Below, piece by piece: positions 50,553 to 61,422 of a DNA stretch of 64,000 bases. This DNA is from Nostocales cyanobacterium (GTDB lineage: Bacteria > Cyanobacteriota > Cyanobacteriia > Cyanobacteriales > Nostocaceae). The stretch covers positions 16,390 to 80,389 of the forward strand of contig RDYJ01000007.1 of the NCBI GenBank assembly GCA_004293145.1. Reading direction: 5' to 3'. How positions within the stretch are numbered: position 1 is the first letter of the stretch; each line of letters opens with the position of its first letter. The notes beneath the pieces were generated by a model, which saw only the letters and a program-made list of their open reading frames with translations, searched no databases and was not told the DNA's origin. The translations under genes and the position numbers were made by a program.

Positions 50553-51041
50553 CTATTCCTCGACTTTTAAAGTGTAGTTATGTTTATCTCCAGGGTTAAA
50601 TGTACCTACCCAAAGCTGATAAATGCCTTGTTTCCAATTGCGATCGCTCACACTCGCATCTTTACTTCTACCAGTATCATCACCACATCTAATGGTTGCA
50701 TCATCTGGTCCTTTGATAAATAAAGTGGTGTCTTTACCTCCACTGTTAATTAATATTGTCAATTTATCAAAGTCTTTTTCTAAAACAAGGATGTGATCAG
50801 GTTTAGGATCGCCAAAACCGATACACGCTTTTTTATCGCGATCGCGGTTACTCATAGCAGACAATGAATAAGCACCCCCTGTATAACCTGATGCCATTCC
50901 TTGTCCTAGTGCAAAACCTGGTGCTAGTTTCAAAGTTCCAAAATTGGCTGTCTGGGCTGATATAGGTGTCGCTATCATAGCGGTAATTGCAGCTAACAGC
51001 CAGCTACACCGAAATTGAAGCCAAGGGCGACGATTTTTCAT
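50553..51041 (-). CDS. Secreted hypothetical protein (PPC-like domain)
   Basis: Signal peptide; PDHIL, DTTLFI.GP, CGDD and GIYQLWVG motifs. Confidence 0.7.
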   Translation of the reverse strand: MKNRRPWLQFRCSWLLAAITAMIATPISAQTANFGTLKLAPGFALGQGMASGYTGGAYSLSAMSNRDRDKKACIGFGDPKPDHILVLEKDFDKLTILINSGGKDTTLFIKGPDDATIRCGDDTGRSKDASVSDRNWKQGIYQLWVGTFNPGDKHNYTLKVEE

Positions 51042-51117
51042 AGGGCAATCCCATTAAGTTTTTTTGTAACTGTGTATACTTATTTTATGTAAAAAAATAT
51101 CTCTTGGGTAGTAATAC

Positions 51118-51514
51118 TAACTGTTCACACTCCCCCTGCAAAAAGGTATGAAGAAGCGACAGGTTCAGAATAATCTAGAACCTGAAAAAGTGTTTGAGCT
51201 TTAATGGGATCAGGGCTGATTTCTTGCTTATGATCAACCTTGAATAGCCGTGAAACTATTAATTTATCAAAGTAATCAGATTTACAGCAGATTGCAGATC
51301 AATGAGGTACAGAATCAAAATTGAAACCTATACACAAAGCCAGTACAGATGTTCCGCCGGCACGTCTCTACTGACTCCTGACTCCTGAATTCTGCTGTAT
51401 ATGGCTATAGCTTGCGTGACAACGCAGGAGTCATACGCAACGGTATCAGCAAGCCCTACTTACTTTTCTCAGCCTCTCCCTTTCCATTTAGATGGGGGGG
51501 AGTGTGAACAGTTA
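51118..51514. mobile_element. ~397-bp MITE with perfect 19-bp TIR containing a nested MITE
   Basis: TAACTGTTCACACTCCCCC (51118-51136) and GGGGGAGTGTGAACAGTTA (51496-51514); nested element at 51283-51399. Confidence 0.75.
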
Positions 51515-51534
51515 CGGAAAAAATTAATCAACTA

Positions 51535-54500
51535 TTACCTATTCCTGATTCTATTTCCCAAAGCTTGATTAATCTGAATTAATAAATCTTCCATTGAAAT
51601 AGAGCGAGGTAATATCTGGGTAGCAATACTTTCGGTTAAATTTACTAACTCACTAACCACATTTTCACGCGATTGATATTCATTCTTTTTTGTTTGTCCA
51701 GGCTCTGTATATTTTACCTGATTTAATATTTTGTCAAGTACCAAAATAGGAGGTAAATTAAATGGTAAATCTGACAAAGCTGTTAAAGCTTTTTGTACTT
51801 GTTGATCAATTGCAGATTCTCCCAAAGAAATTAGTAATAAATCAACGCTCTGATGGCGAAGTTGTTGCAAAACTTCCGCCCAACAGTCACCTGTAGCTGC
51901 TTTCAAACCAGCAGTTTGTAAATACTGAATTAAAGCTTGAAACCACTCAGATCCCCGTTCATGATCACTCTTGAGTGTTTGGTTAGTATCTGGGAGAACA
52001 GATTTTTGATCTAACTGATAACCCTGATCTTGCTTGGGTTTTACCTGTGGCAAATCACGCAACATAGTTACATCTACCACTAAAATATTAGGAGGACAAC
52101 CAATACCAGAAGCAATTTGTAACACAGACAATAAAGGATCTGGTTTTCCTTTGCCACTGGTGTTTTCCCTGCCTAATGGCGTTAAACAAGGAAATACACC
52201 CAATCCTGGTATTTGTGAAGCTGCCAAAGTAGTGGCTACATCACAAGTTACTAATGGTAAGTTCGCTAATCGTTTATACTTAGTTAACTCTTTGAGATAA
52301 TGTTGAGCCGTTGAAGTATCAACATCCAACAAAATCACATCAAACTGCCACACCCGCGCTAAAAGTTCTGCCTGATCTAAATCATCTACTTCAATAACTC
52401 GATGTTCGCGCAGGGAGGGTTGGGGATTAACAGACTCTAATTCTGGATTCACCAACCGCAGAATCCGCAGCGGATTTGTTGCTGATTCGATATTATTATT
52501 TTCTACACCTATCTGCTCGACTTCCGGTGCAGCACATAATCTTTCTAAAATCGGGACTAAAAATTGATTCTCAACTGGTAAATTTACAAAACCATCAGCC
52601 CTATTCGCGTAAGCGTGTTCCTTTTCTGCTTCCGTTGCCGTGACAATAACCGGAATATGGCGAGTTGCAGTATCCGACTTTAATAAAGTCAGCACATCCC
52701 AACCTGAAAGTAGGGGTAACAACGGATTCAAAAATATAGCTTTTGGTTGCAAGCGCCGAGCTTTTTCTAGTGCTTCTGTCCCCGAACGGGCAATTACCAC
52801 CCGATAACCTAAACCCTTAAGATGTTGGGTTAAGTCTTCAATATATCGAGCTACTGCCTCAACTACTAATATTAAACGTTGAGAAGAAATCGGTTGATGT
52901 AACTCTGAATTTCCCCCCTCTGATTCTGCAAAATTGATTTTGGGAGGACAAGGTGGTAGTAGCAATGTAAACTGGCTACCTTTGCCTTCACGAGACAAAA
53001 AGCTCACATCTCCACCATGTAACCGAGCTAACGCCCTAGTTAATACTAGCCCCAAACCAGTGCCTTCAAACTGGCGCGTTAAGGGATTTTCTAATTGTTG
53101 GAATTTTTGAAAGATTAAATGTTGTTGATGTTCGGGAATACCAATACCTGTATCCCAGACTGTAAAAGCTATCCATCCTTCCCAACGATTTACCCGCAGT
53201 CCAATTTCCCCAGAAGTTTCAGTGAACTTAAAAGCATTGGAAAGTAAATGTACCAGCATTTGACGCAACCGCAACTCATCCGCTACCATCTCCTCTAAGC
53301 CTGGTTCAATGGTGAGGCTGAATTGGTGATCAGATGAGGAATCGGTAGCTTTGCTGGGTTGACTTTGGAGTGTTTTAGCTTCTGATAAAGCGCGATCGCA
53401 CACTTCCCGAATTTGCACTGGGCATGGAGTGAGTTCCATCTGTCCAGTTTCCATCCGCGTCAAATCCAAAATGTCATTAACCACACTCATCAAATGACGG
53501 CCACTTTGATGAATCAAACTCGCATAACGGGCCTGTCGCTCGTTCAGTTTTCCTAATTGTTGATCTACCAGTAATCTCGACAAGCCCAAGACTGCTGTTA
53601 AAGGTGTTTTCAGTTCATGGCTAATACAAGCTAAAAACTCATCTTTTAAGCGATTGAGTTGGATTAAATCAGCATTTTTAGCTGCCAATTCTTTAAAAAG
53701 TTGTTGCTGTTCGGTGACATCAGTCGCTAAAACTAACCACAGATCATCAGTTAATTGTTGGGAGTTCTCAGTTTTAAGGGTTACTTCTGCATCAGCACTC
53801 CAGACTTTTAATTCAGGACTATCCAAGGGGATTTTGGCAAACTGCCAAATACGCTCTTGACCATTCTGCACTTCAACAACACAAGTACAAGTACCCTGTT
53901 GAGCATCTAAATAGCAATGACTGGATGTAGCATTTACGCTTCCTGGTACGTCCGGCATCATTGCGAAAACTGGTGTTGAGTGAGATCCTGGGTTGGTAGA
54001 GGGCAAATTATCAGCCCTGAGATGTCCTGTCATCGACATGGCCTGATCTTCTTCGGTTTCACCCCTGTCAAACTCAGAATTAATCTTGAGTGTTTGTTGA
54101 TTGGTGTATTCTGAGTGTTTACACTTGCTAGGTGACAGGATAGTTTCTACCTGTTGTCTAATCCCTTCCGGATCTTTCAACACTCCCAATTGTTGCCACC
54201 AAGCGGGATTTTGTGTTAACACTTCCCCTGTACTTGTTTGCAACATTAAAGGCCAAGGCAATCTTTCCAACAGCTGTACTAAAGGATTTTGTTTGAGTGG
54301 CTGATGTTGATTTTCCTTGTAGGAGCTAGTTTTTACCCTACCCCTATTTTCTATCCTCCCTGGAATGTTAGAGGCGATTGTTACCTTATTTTTAGCGAAA
54401 AAGCTCAGTAGGCGTTGGTTATCCAGCAGCCCCAAAAATTTTCCATCTGAGTCAATCAATGCCCAATCTAAATTTCTATTTTTTTGGTTTTGTTGGTAAC

Positions 54501-54903
54501 GTAAAAATAAGCTAAATTTTTCCAGTGGTTCAGCAGCAGCTACAGTTTGTATTGACGAAATCAGACTGCTCAAAGTGGAGATTGGTTGTTGTAGATTTAA
54601 AAACGTCTCACCACTAGCCGCTGCTAATAATTTCGGAATTAAACGGCCAGAATACAACAACCCTACAGGGCATTGTTGTTGATTCACAACTACCAAGCGA
54701 TCACACTGTTCCTTCTCCAAAATATCCAGCACCACTGCCAGAGTACTTGTTTCTGAGCAGCTGGGTACGGTTGCTAGAAAGTCATAAAGCGGGTACTGTA
54801 GCATTAACATAAGGCTTAAGGGGTCTTTCTTCCTGTAGTTGCCTCTGGCATCAACATCTGCCAAAGTGCTGATGGTGTTCGTGCCTGAAGCCATATTCTC
54901 CAA
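51535..54903 (-). CDS. Hybrid sensor histidine kinase (CBS-like N-terminus, HisKA/HATPase, degenerate receivers); start may be ATG 54810
   Basis: SHELKTPL H-box, NAFKFT, DTGIGI and GTGLGL motifs. Confidence 0.92.
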   Translation of the reverse strand: MENMASGTNTISTLADVDARGNYRKKDPLSLMLMLQYPLYDFLATVPSCSETSTLAVVLDILEKEQCDRLVVVNQQQCPVGLLYSGRLIPKLLAAASGETFLNLQQPISTLSSLISSIQTVAAAEPLEKFSLFLRYQQNQKNRNLDWALIDSDGKFLGLLDNQRLLSFFAKNKVTIASNIPGRIENRGRVKTSSYKENQHQPLKQNPLVQLLERLPWPLMLQTSTGEVLTQNPAWWQQLGVLKDPEGIRQQVETILSPSKCKHSEYTNQQTLKINSEFDRGETEEDQAMSMTGHLRADNLPSTNPGSHSTPVFAMMPDVPGSVNATSSHCYLDAQQGTCTCVVEVQNGQERIWQFAKIPLDSPELKVWSADAEVTLKTENSQQLTDDLWLVLATDVTEQQQLFKELAAKNADLIQLNRLKDEFLACISHELKTPLTAVLGLSRLLVDQQLGKLNERQARYASLIHQSGRHLMSVVNDILDLTRMETGQMELTPCPVQIREVCDRALSEAKTLQSQPSKATDSSSDHQFSLTIEPGLEEMVADELRLRQMLVHLLSNAFKFTETSGEIGLRVNRWEGWIAFTVWDTGIGIPEHQQHLIFQKFQQLENPLTRQFEGTGLGLVLTRALARLHGGDVSFLSREGKGSQFTLLLPPCPPKINFAESEGGNSELHQPISSQRLILVVEAVARYIEDLTQHLKGLGYRVVIARSGTEALEKARRLQPKAIFLNPLLPLLSGWDVLTLLKSDTATRHIPVIVTATEAEKEHAYANRADGFVNLPVENQFLVPILERLCAAPEVEQIGVENNNIESATNPLRILRLVNPELESVNPQPSLREHRVIEVDDLDQAELLARVWQFDVILLDVDTSTAQHYLKELTKYKRLANLPLVTCDVATTLAASQIPGLGVFPCLTPLGRENTSGKGKPDPLLSVLQIASGIGCPPNILVVDVTMLRDLPQVKPKQDQGYQLDQKSVLPDTNQTLKSDHERGSEWFQALIQYLQTAGLKAATGDCWAEVLQQLRHQSVDLLLISLGESAIDQQVQKALTALSDLPFNLPPILVLDKILNQVKYTEPGQTKKNEYQSRENVVSELVNLTESIATQILPRSISMEDLLIQINQALGNRIRNR

Positions 54904-55453
54904 GAAGGTGCTTATAATCGTTCTTGGTGAGACTGTAAATCTATCGAAGCACTCAAATCAGCTTTGATAGAAAATTTCTCCATCCCAATAATTCCCAGAG
55001 TGGCGATGCTTGCCTGTACCACCCTTGTGAATGAGCAGACATTCTCAACAGTATCCTACTGGTATGGAAACTCCTGATCGATAGTTACAGCTAAAACAAT
55101 TATCGCTCCAAAGATTCGCTTTAGAACCTTGAGGAATTATAATGATTTAAAATGCGACAATTCTTTAACTTTGTTTATGTATCTTATCAACAAGCAAAAT
55201 GGAAAAATCCCTAATTAGATAGATGTACATCAGGTAGTCAGCGAATTAGCTCCTAAATCTTCTCGCTCACACCCTTTTTACCTTTCTCTTAAGTTATACC
55301 ACCCACTCTTAAAAATAAATGATTGCGTAGTGATTCTTAAAGACTTGTTGACATTAGTAATTTTTTTACCCAAGTTTTACATAAAAACTTTTACCAAACT
55401 TAATCAGCAATTAATCTATACTCTTGTCCCTTCTCCAAATATATAAATAATAA

Positions 55454-56050
55454 ATGATATTACCTGTATTATTGATCGGGCTACTAAATGTTCAAAAATA
55501 TTTATACAATCCTGAAACTGAAAATAATCAAAAAAGTTTAATTGGGCAGTTCAGGTATTTTCTTGATGGGGTTTTTGACCAATTCCTTGATTTACCCATG
55601 ACGGCTACCATACCTATATACATACAAGATTTACATAGTCGGATCTGGACTAACACCCATCTAGCATTGCAACAAGATAAACAATATGATCATGTATTGG
55701 CGTGTAATGATCAAAAAGGTCAGCAATGTTTTCAAACAATGAGTTCGTCTGAAAAACAGGAACTATTAAAGCAGTTGAAATCAGATTACCGCCAAATTTT
55801 AATCGATTACTTTACCACAGATAGAACACTGAAAGTAGCAATTGACAAATTTATCAACACCTTATTTTATGCTAATATTCCTGTGCCACAAATTATAGAA
55901 ATTCACATGGAACTGATTGATGAGTTTTCTACCCAGCTAAAATTAGAAGGAAGGAGTGATGAAACCTTACTAGACTACAGATTAACCTTGATAGATATTC
56001 TGGCACATTTGTGTGAAGTCTATAGATGTTCGATTTCAAAAATAAACTGA
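55454..56050 (+). CDS. kaiA: Circadian clock protein KaiA (short Nostocales type; start uncertain)
   Basis: EIHMELIDEF..QLKLEGRS and LLDYRLTLIDILAHLCEVYR motifs. Confidence 0.92.
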   Translation: MILPVLLIGLLNVQKYLYNPETENNQKSLIGQFRYFLDGVFDQFLDLPMTATIPIYIQDLHSRIWTNTHLALQQDKQYDHVLACNDQKGQQCFQTMSSSEKQELLKQLKSDYRQILIDYFTTDRTLKVAIDKFINTLFYANIPVPQIIEIHMELIDEFSTQLKLEGRSDETLLDYRLTLIDILAHLCEVYRCSISKIN

Positions 56051-56221
56051 AGAAAGTCATGCTATTTGGGATTTTGGCTCAGGATTTAAAAAATCAATCA
56101 TTAACAGGATTAATTTTCAAATTATTAAGATTAATCCGCTGGAAACTAACATCTGTTATTAATTTAGATAAATGCCTCAGCATATTTTGTATTCCTATTC
56201 TCATATCTAGCCTGTAAACTT

Positions 56222-56536
56222 ATGAATAAAGCCAGAAAAACCTATGTTCTCAAACTTTACGTAGCTGGGAACACACCCAACTCCGTGCGAGCATTAAGCA
56301 CACTTAAAAACATATTAGAACAGGAGTTTCAAGGAGTTTATGCCCTAAAAGTAATTGATGTCTTGAAAAACCCACAGTTGGCAGAAGAAGACAAAATATT
56401 AGCCACACCAACATTATCGAAGATTTTGCCGCCTCCCGTTCGCAAAATCATTGGTGATCTTTCAGATAGAGAAAGAGTCTTAATAGGCTTAGACTTACTT
56501 TATGAAGAATTGAGTGAAGAAGACTGGGAACAGTAA
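56222..56536 (+). CDS. kaiB: Circadian clock protein KaiB
   Basis: [12 protein letters not shown] and ILATPTL motifs. Confidence 0.98.
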   Translation: MNKARKTYVLKLYVAGNTPNSVRALSTLKNILEQEFQGVYALKVIDVLKNPQLAEEDKILATPTLSKILPPPVRKIIGDLSDRERVLIGLDLLYEELSEEDWEQ

Positions 56537-56621
56537 AATATTTAGTCATAAAATTCATAAAAACTGAGTACAAACTTTAGTAATTTAAAAAATCGGGTAC
56601 AATACCCATATATGTTCAGCA

Positions 56622-58169
56622 ATGAGTTACCAAGAGCAACAAGAACAACAAAAGCCTTCAATTATTAGTGGTGTAGAGAAAATTCGCACCATGATTGAGG
56701 GCTTTGACGATATTAGTCATGGCGGTTTACCAGTTGGCAGAACAACCTTAGTCAGTGGCACCTCTGGGACAGGGAAAACTTTATTATCTTTACAATTTCT
56801 CTATAATGGCATCACTTACTTTGATGAACCAGGAGTATTTGTTACCTTCGAGGAATCACCCAGCGATATTATCAAAAACGCCCATATTTTTGGTTGGAAT
56901 TTGCAAAAACTGATTGAAGAAGGTAAATTATTTATTCTCGATGCGTCTCCCGATCCCGAAGGTCAAGATATCGTTGGTAATTTTGATCTATCAGCTTTAA
57001 TTGAGCGATTACAATATGCGATTCGCAAATACAAAGCCCATCGTGTTTCCATTGACTCAATTACAGCCGTATTCCAGCAGTATGAAGCTGTGGGAGTAGT
57101 GCGGAGGGAAATATTTCGCCTAGTAGCACGTCTCAAACAACTATATGTCACTACGATTATTACAACAGAGCGTGGTGAAGAATATGGACCGGTAGCTTCT
57201 TTTGGAGTCGAAGAATTTGTGTCTGACAACGTGGTAATTGTTCGTAACGTTTTGGAAGGAGAACGCCGCCGCCGCACCATTGAAATTCTCAAATTGCGCG
57301 GGACAACCCACATGAAAGGTGAATATCCATTCACAATTACCAATGCTGGAGTCAACATTTTCCCGTTAGGAGCAATGCGTTTAACTCAAAGGTCTTCCAA
57401 TGTGCGCGTATCTTCTGGAGTCAGTACCCTAGATGAAATGTGTGGTGGTGGTTTCTTTAAAGACTCAATTATTTTAGCTACAGGAGCTACAGGTACGGGT
57501 AAAACTCTCTTAGTCAGTAAATTTATTCAAGATGGCTGTGTCAGTGGTGAGCGAGCAATTTTATTTGCTTATGAAGAATCCCGCGCTCAACTGTCCCGTA
57601 ATGCCTATTCTTGGGGAATTGATTTTGAGGAATTAGAACACCAAGGTTTATTAAAAATAATTTGTACCTATCCTGAATCAACTGGTTTAGAAGATCATTT
57701 ACAAATTATTAAATCAGAAATTGCCGATTTTAAACCAGCCCGGATTGCGATTGACTCGCTTTCAGCACTGGCTAGAGGCGTAAGCAATAACGCTTTTCGC
57801 CAGTTTGTAATTGGTGTTACTGGCTATGCTAAACAAGAAGAAATCACAGGCTTCTTTACCAATACCAGTGACCAATTTATGGGGTCACATTCAATTACAG
57901 ATTCTCATATTTCCACGATTACTGATACAATTATCATGTTACAGTACGTAGAAATTCATGGAGAAATGTCGCGGGCAATCAACGTATTTAAAATGCGTGG
58001 CTCGTGGCATGATAAGGGGATTCGGGAATACAATATTACGGCTGACGGACCAAATATTAAAGATTCCTTCCGTAATTATGAACGAATTGTCAGCGGAGCG
58101 CCTACCCGCGTTAGCATAGACGAAAAGGCAGAACTTTCTCGCATTGTCAAACGTTTTGAAGATAAATAA
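56622..58169 (+). CDS. kaiC: Circadian clock protein KaiC
   Basis: Two RecA-like domains (GTSGTGKT, GATGTGKT); HISTITD phosphorylation sites. Confidence 0.98.
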   Translation: MSYQEQQEQQKPSIISGVEKIRTMIEGFDDISHGGLPVGRTTLVSGTSGTGKTLLSLQFLYNGITYFDEPGVFVTFEESPSDIIKNAHIFGWNLQKLIEEGKLFILDASPDPEGQDIVGNFDLSALIERLQYAIRKYKAHRVSIDSITAVFQQYEAVGVVRREIFRLVARLKQLYVTTIITTERGEEYGPVASFGVEEFVSDNVVIVRNVLEGERRRRTIEILKLRGTTHMKGEYPFTITNAGVNIFPLGAMRLTQRSSNVRVSSGVSTLDEMCGGGFFKDSIILATGATGTGKTLLVSKFIQDGCVSGERAILFAYEESRAQLSRNAYSWGIDFEELEHQGLLKIICTYPESTGLEDHLQIIKSEIADFKPARIAIDSLSALARGVSNNAFRQFVIGVTGYAKQEEITGFFTNTSDQFMGSHSITDSHISTITDTIIMLQYVEIHGEMSRAINVFKMRGSWHDKGIREYNITADGPNIKDSFRNYERIVSGAPTRVSIDEKAELSRIVKRFEDK

Positions 58170-58296
58170 ACTGCTCAATTCTGAAACAAGTAAATTCGGT
58201 ATAGCAGTATATTATTTGCTTCATTTAATATCGTGTTATATTCTGTGTGAAGACAAGTTTTCTGCCGCCAGATGGTTTTTCGTGTGAGGGGATGCG

Positions 58297-60165
58297 GTGA
58301 AAGGACAGCAATTATTCCATAGTTTCTTACCTGGTGTAACAGCAGCGGTATTAACAACCCAGTCGGCCTGGGCTGAGACCGTAAAAGTTGGTGAGGTAAA
58401 GCCAGTCTCTTCTCCGATTGTCTTGACTGCAACTGATGTGAAAACCTCCGTTGTGGACATTAATAGGCAGCTGCCTAAGACTACGGTTGATAACTCTCCA
58501 GCGTTATTACCTGCCCTTGATTTCAGTAAACTCAGTCAAGCGCCTGTTACTAATCAGACAGTACCAGAAGTAAAAAATCAGAAAACAGTTGTACCAATGT
58601 CAGGCACTGGGGCAAAATTAGTACAGCTGATCGAGGCACATAAATGTTTACAGGCACAGCAGAAAAGCTCATCTGCTTTGCTCCTAGCTTCAAGCAGCTG
58701 TTCACCAAAAAATGCGGTTACAAACAGGGTAGCCCAGATGACTACCCCTACTGAATCACAACCGCCCAATACTTCAGAGTCACCTGCTCAAAATTCAGAA
58801 ACAGCCCCAAAAGCCGCAAATTCTCCAGGTAATCCACTTGAACACCTGAATCCTAGTCCTAATCCTCTCCAATTTCCTACGAAACCAGAGGAAGTCAGGC
58901 TTCAGGCAAATCAACCAATTACACTGGGACAGGCTCTAGAACTGGCCAAGCGGAATAATAATGAATTACAGGTGTCCATATTGCAGTTGCAGCGCAGTAA
59001 ATCTGCTCTTAGAGAAGCCCAGGCTTCTTTGTTGCCTACTTTGGGAGTAAATGGTGCGGTTAGTAATAGTCGTAGTGCTAACAGTACACTACAAGCTAAA
59101 CAGCAGCAGCAGTTAAATCCTCTTACTCCTGATGCTGACTCTAATACTAGCTTTAGTAGTCAAGCCGAACTCAGATATGACCTTTATACCTCTGGCAGAC
59201 GGAATGCAGCAATTACAGAAGCTGAAGAACAGGTGCGTATTCAAGAGTTTGATGTAGAAAGGCAATCTGAGGAAATTCGGCTCAATGTCGCTACAGATTA
59301 CTATAATTTGCAACAAGCAGATGAACAAGTAAGGATTTCTCAATCAGCTGTAGAAAATTCTCAGGCTAGTTTGCGAGATGCAATGGCTCTAGAACGGGCT
59401 GGAGTTGGTACAAGATTCGATGTATTGCGATCGCAAGTCAATTTAGCTAATGCCCAACAAGACTTAACAAATGCTCGTTCTCAACAAATTATCGCTCGTC
59501 GCCGTTTAGGTGTGCGCTTAAATTTGCCCCAAGTGGTAAATATTAGTGCCGCTGATCCTGTACAGTTAGCTGGTCTTTGGGAACGCAGTTTAGAGGATAG
59601 TATCGTCTTAGCTTATCAAAATCGCCCAGAACTACAACAGCAGTTGGCACAGCGAAATATTAGCGAACAACAAAGAAGACAAGCTCTGGCATCTCTGGGT
59701 CCGCAAATTAGTTTAGTTGCCAGCTATGACTTGCTAGATGTGTTTAATGATAGTATCAATGTCAGCGATGGTTATTCAGTAGGAGTGCAAGCAACGCTAA
59801 ATTTATATGATGGTGGAGCCGCAAAATCAAGAGCAGCACAAGCCAAAACTAATATAGCGATCGCGGAAACTCAATTTGCTGAACAACGCAACCAAATCCG
59901 CTTTCAAGTAGAACAGGCTTATTCTACCCAGCTATCTAATTTGGAAAATGTCCAAACTGCCAATGCGGCTCTAGAGCAAGCCAAAGAGTCTCTTAGATTA
60001 GCACGTTTACGTTTCCAAGCTGGTGTAGGTACTCAAACTGATGTTATCAACGCCGAAAATGAACTGACAAGATCCGAAGGTAATCGCGTTCGCGCCATTT
60101 TGGATTACAATCGTGCTTTGACAGAATTACAACGCTACGTTACATCTAGGGCTTTTAAAAAGTAA
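58297..60165 (+). CDS. hgdD: TolC-family outer membrane channel (HgdD-like)
   Basis: Signal peptide; two OEP repeats (AGVGTRFDV, AGVGTQTDV); position after kaiC as in Anabaena. Confidence 0.85.
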   Translation: MKGQQLFHSFLPGVTAAVLTTQSAWAETVKVGEVKPVSSPIVLTATDVKTSVVDINRQLPKTTVDNSPALLPALDFSKLSQAPVTNQTVPEVKNQKTVVPMSGTGAKLVQLIEAHKCLQAQQKSSSALLLASSSCSPKNAVTNRVAQMTTPTESQPPNTSESPAQNSETAPKAANSPGNPLEHLNPSPNPLQFPTKPEEVRLQANQPITLGQALELAKRNNNELQVSILQLQRSKSALREAQASLLPTLGVNGAVSNSRSANSTLQAKQQQQLNPLTPDADSNTSFSSQAELRYDLYTSGRRNAAITEAEEQVRIQEFDVERQSEEIRLNVATDYYNLQQADEQVRISQSAVENSQASLRDAMALERAGVGTRFDVLRSQVNLANAQQDLTNARSQQIIARRRLGVRLNLPQVVNISAADPVQLAGLWERSLEDSIVLAYQNRPELQQQLAQRNISEQQRRQALASLGPQISLVASYDLLDVFNDSINVSDGYSVGVQATLNLYDGGAAKSRAAQAKTNIAIAETQFAEQRNQIRFQVEQAYSTQLSNLENVQTANAALEQAKESLRLARLRFQAGVGTQTDVINAENELTRSEGNRVRAILDYNRALTELQRYVTSRAFKK

Positions 60166-60190
60166 CCCAACAAAACTTTTTTAAAAGAGT

Positions 60191-60236
60191 AAAAAGCCTC
60201 ATTTAGCAGTGTAATTACTAGCAAATGAGGCTTTTT
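60191..60236. terminator. Bidirectional-type hairpin terminator after tolC/hgdD
   Basis: aaaaagcctcattt...aaatgaggcttttt. Confidence 0.75.
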
Positions 60237-60300
60237 GAGCAAAAATGTTATATTTTTAACAGGAAAGAAGTGACAGGTGACAGGAAATAGTTATCTTTCT

Positions 60301-60350
60301 TCTGCCTCCTACCTCCTGCCTCCTACCTCCTGCCTCCTGACTCCTGACTC
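60301..60350 (+). repeat. Heptamer tandem repeat (CCTCCT[A/G])
   Basis: About 7 units directly before ATG 60360. Confidence 0.85.
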
Positions 60351-60359
60351 CTTCTTCTC

Positions 60360-60737
60360 ATGACTAAAATCACATCACAAGAAATCGCCCAGTTTCGTTC
60401 TCAACTAGCAGAAGATCCTCAAGCAATGGAAGCGTTAGACTTGATAGAGGACTGTGAGGGAGACTTAGAAGATGCCGCCATGACCCTGGCTATAAAAGCC
60501 GGACAAGAACCAGGAAGGACAAATTCTGAGTGGTTAGACGCGTTAGCGAGAAAATGGCGTGCAGTCTTATGTGAACAAGAATATCGTCATGACTTGTTAA
60601 ACGGCTCAGTTTCTGGGATGATGTCGCACCTGAAAAGTATTCCAGAGTTTCCCAAAATTTTGGCGACTCCGGTTTTAATATATGTCCTCAAGCAAGGCGT
60701 GAATAATTTTTGTGAACCGTTGGATTCTCTAAAATAA
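60360..60737 (+). CDS. Conserved hypothetical protein
   Basis: ALDLIEDCEGDLEDAA motif; intact 125-aa ORF. Confidence 0.75.
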   Translation: MTKITSQEIAQFRSQLAEDPQAMEALDLIEDCEGDLEDAAMTLAIKAGQEPGRTNSEWLDALARKWRAVLCEQEYRHDLLNGSVSGMMSHLKSIPEFPKILATPVLIYVLKQGVNNFCEPLDSLK

Positions 60738-60822
60738 TATTTAGTGCTGAGTATGTCGTTGAACCAGTCCTGATACCCTGTTAATTAAGGACAATTTTTT
60801 TCAGATCACAATTTTTAGACTA

Positions 60823-61323
60823 ATGAATTACCTTGTTGCCGTATTATCAGATCGTATCCAAGCTGAAGCTGCTTACTTAGGCTTAGAAAAAGAAGGAATA
60901 AATAGCTCTATTCTGGGTAGAGGATACAAAACCGCTGATGAGTTTGGTTTAATTGACCCCAAAGAAGAAGCTAAAAAACAAGCACGGCTCATGGCATTCT
61001 GGTTAGTACCATTCGGCTTTTTTGCTGGTGCTACCTTCAGTCTCATCACTGGCTTAGATACCTTTGCTTGGGCTGGAGAAATTGGTAATCATGTAATTGG
61101 TGGCTTGCTTGGTGCTGGTAGCGGTGCTATGGGTAGCGTCTTTGTTGGTGGTGGTGTGGGTTTAGTGTCCGGTGGTGGAGATGCTTTACCCTACCGCAAC
61201 CGTTTGGATGCTGGGAAATACATAATTGTAGTTCAAGGTTCAGAAACTCTAACTCGCCAAGCTACCCGCATCTTACGCCAGTTTGACCCAGAAAATATCC
61301 AGGGGTATGCAGAAACAAACTAA
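60823..61323 (+). CDS. Conserved membrane protein with glycine zipper
   Basis: WLVPFGFFAG and LPYRNRLDAGKY motifs. Confidence 0.8.
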   Translation: MNYLVAVLSDRIQAEAAYLGLEKEGINSSILGRGYKTADEFGLIDPKEEAKKQARLMAFWLVPFGFFAGATFSLITGLDTFAWAGEIGNHVIGGLLGAGSGAMGSVFVGGGVGLVSGGGDALPYRNRLDAGKYIIVVQGSETLTRQATRILRQFDPENIQGYAETN

Positions 61324-61327
61324 GGTT

Positions 61328-61422
61328 TGGTAATTGCTAATTGGTAATTGCTAATTGGTAATTGGTAATTAGGAAAAGTTCTTACCCAGTCCCCAGTCCC
61401 CAGTCCCCAGTCCCCAGTCCCC
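61328..61422 (+). repeat. STRR heptamer arrays (TG[G/C]TAAT x6; CCCCAGT x5)
   Basis: Directly visible tandem heptamers; CCCCA(A/G)T is STRR1. Confidence 0.9.

Noticed and set aside
50351-50599. 82-aa plus-strand ORF
   Set aside because: Composed of heptamer STRR tracts between cysE and its neighbour.
58199-58212. GTA-N8-TAT NtcA-like site before hgdD
   Set aside because: Imperfect match with non-standard distance to a -10 box; cannot be supported from sequence alone.
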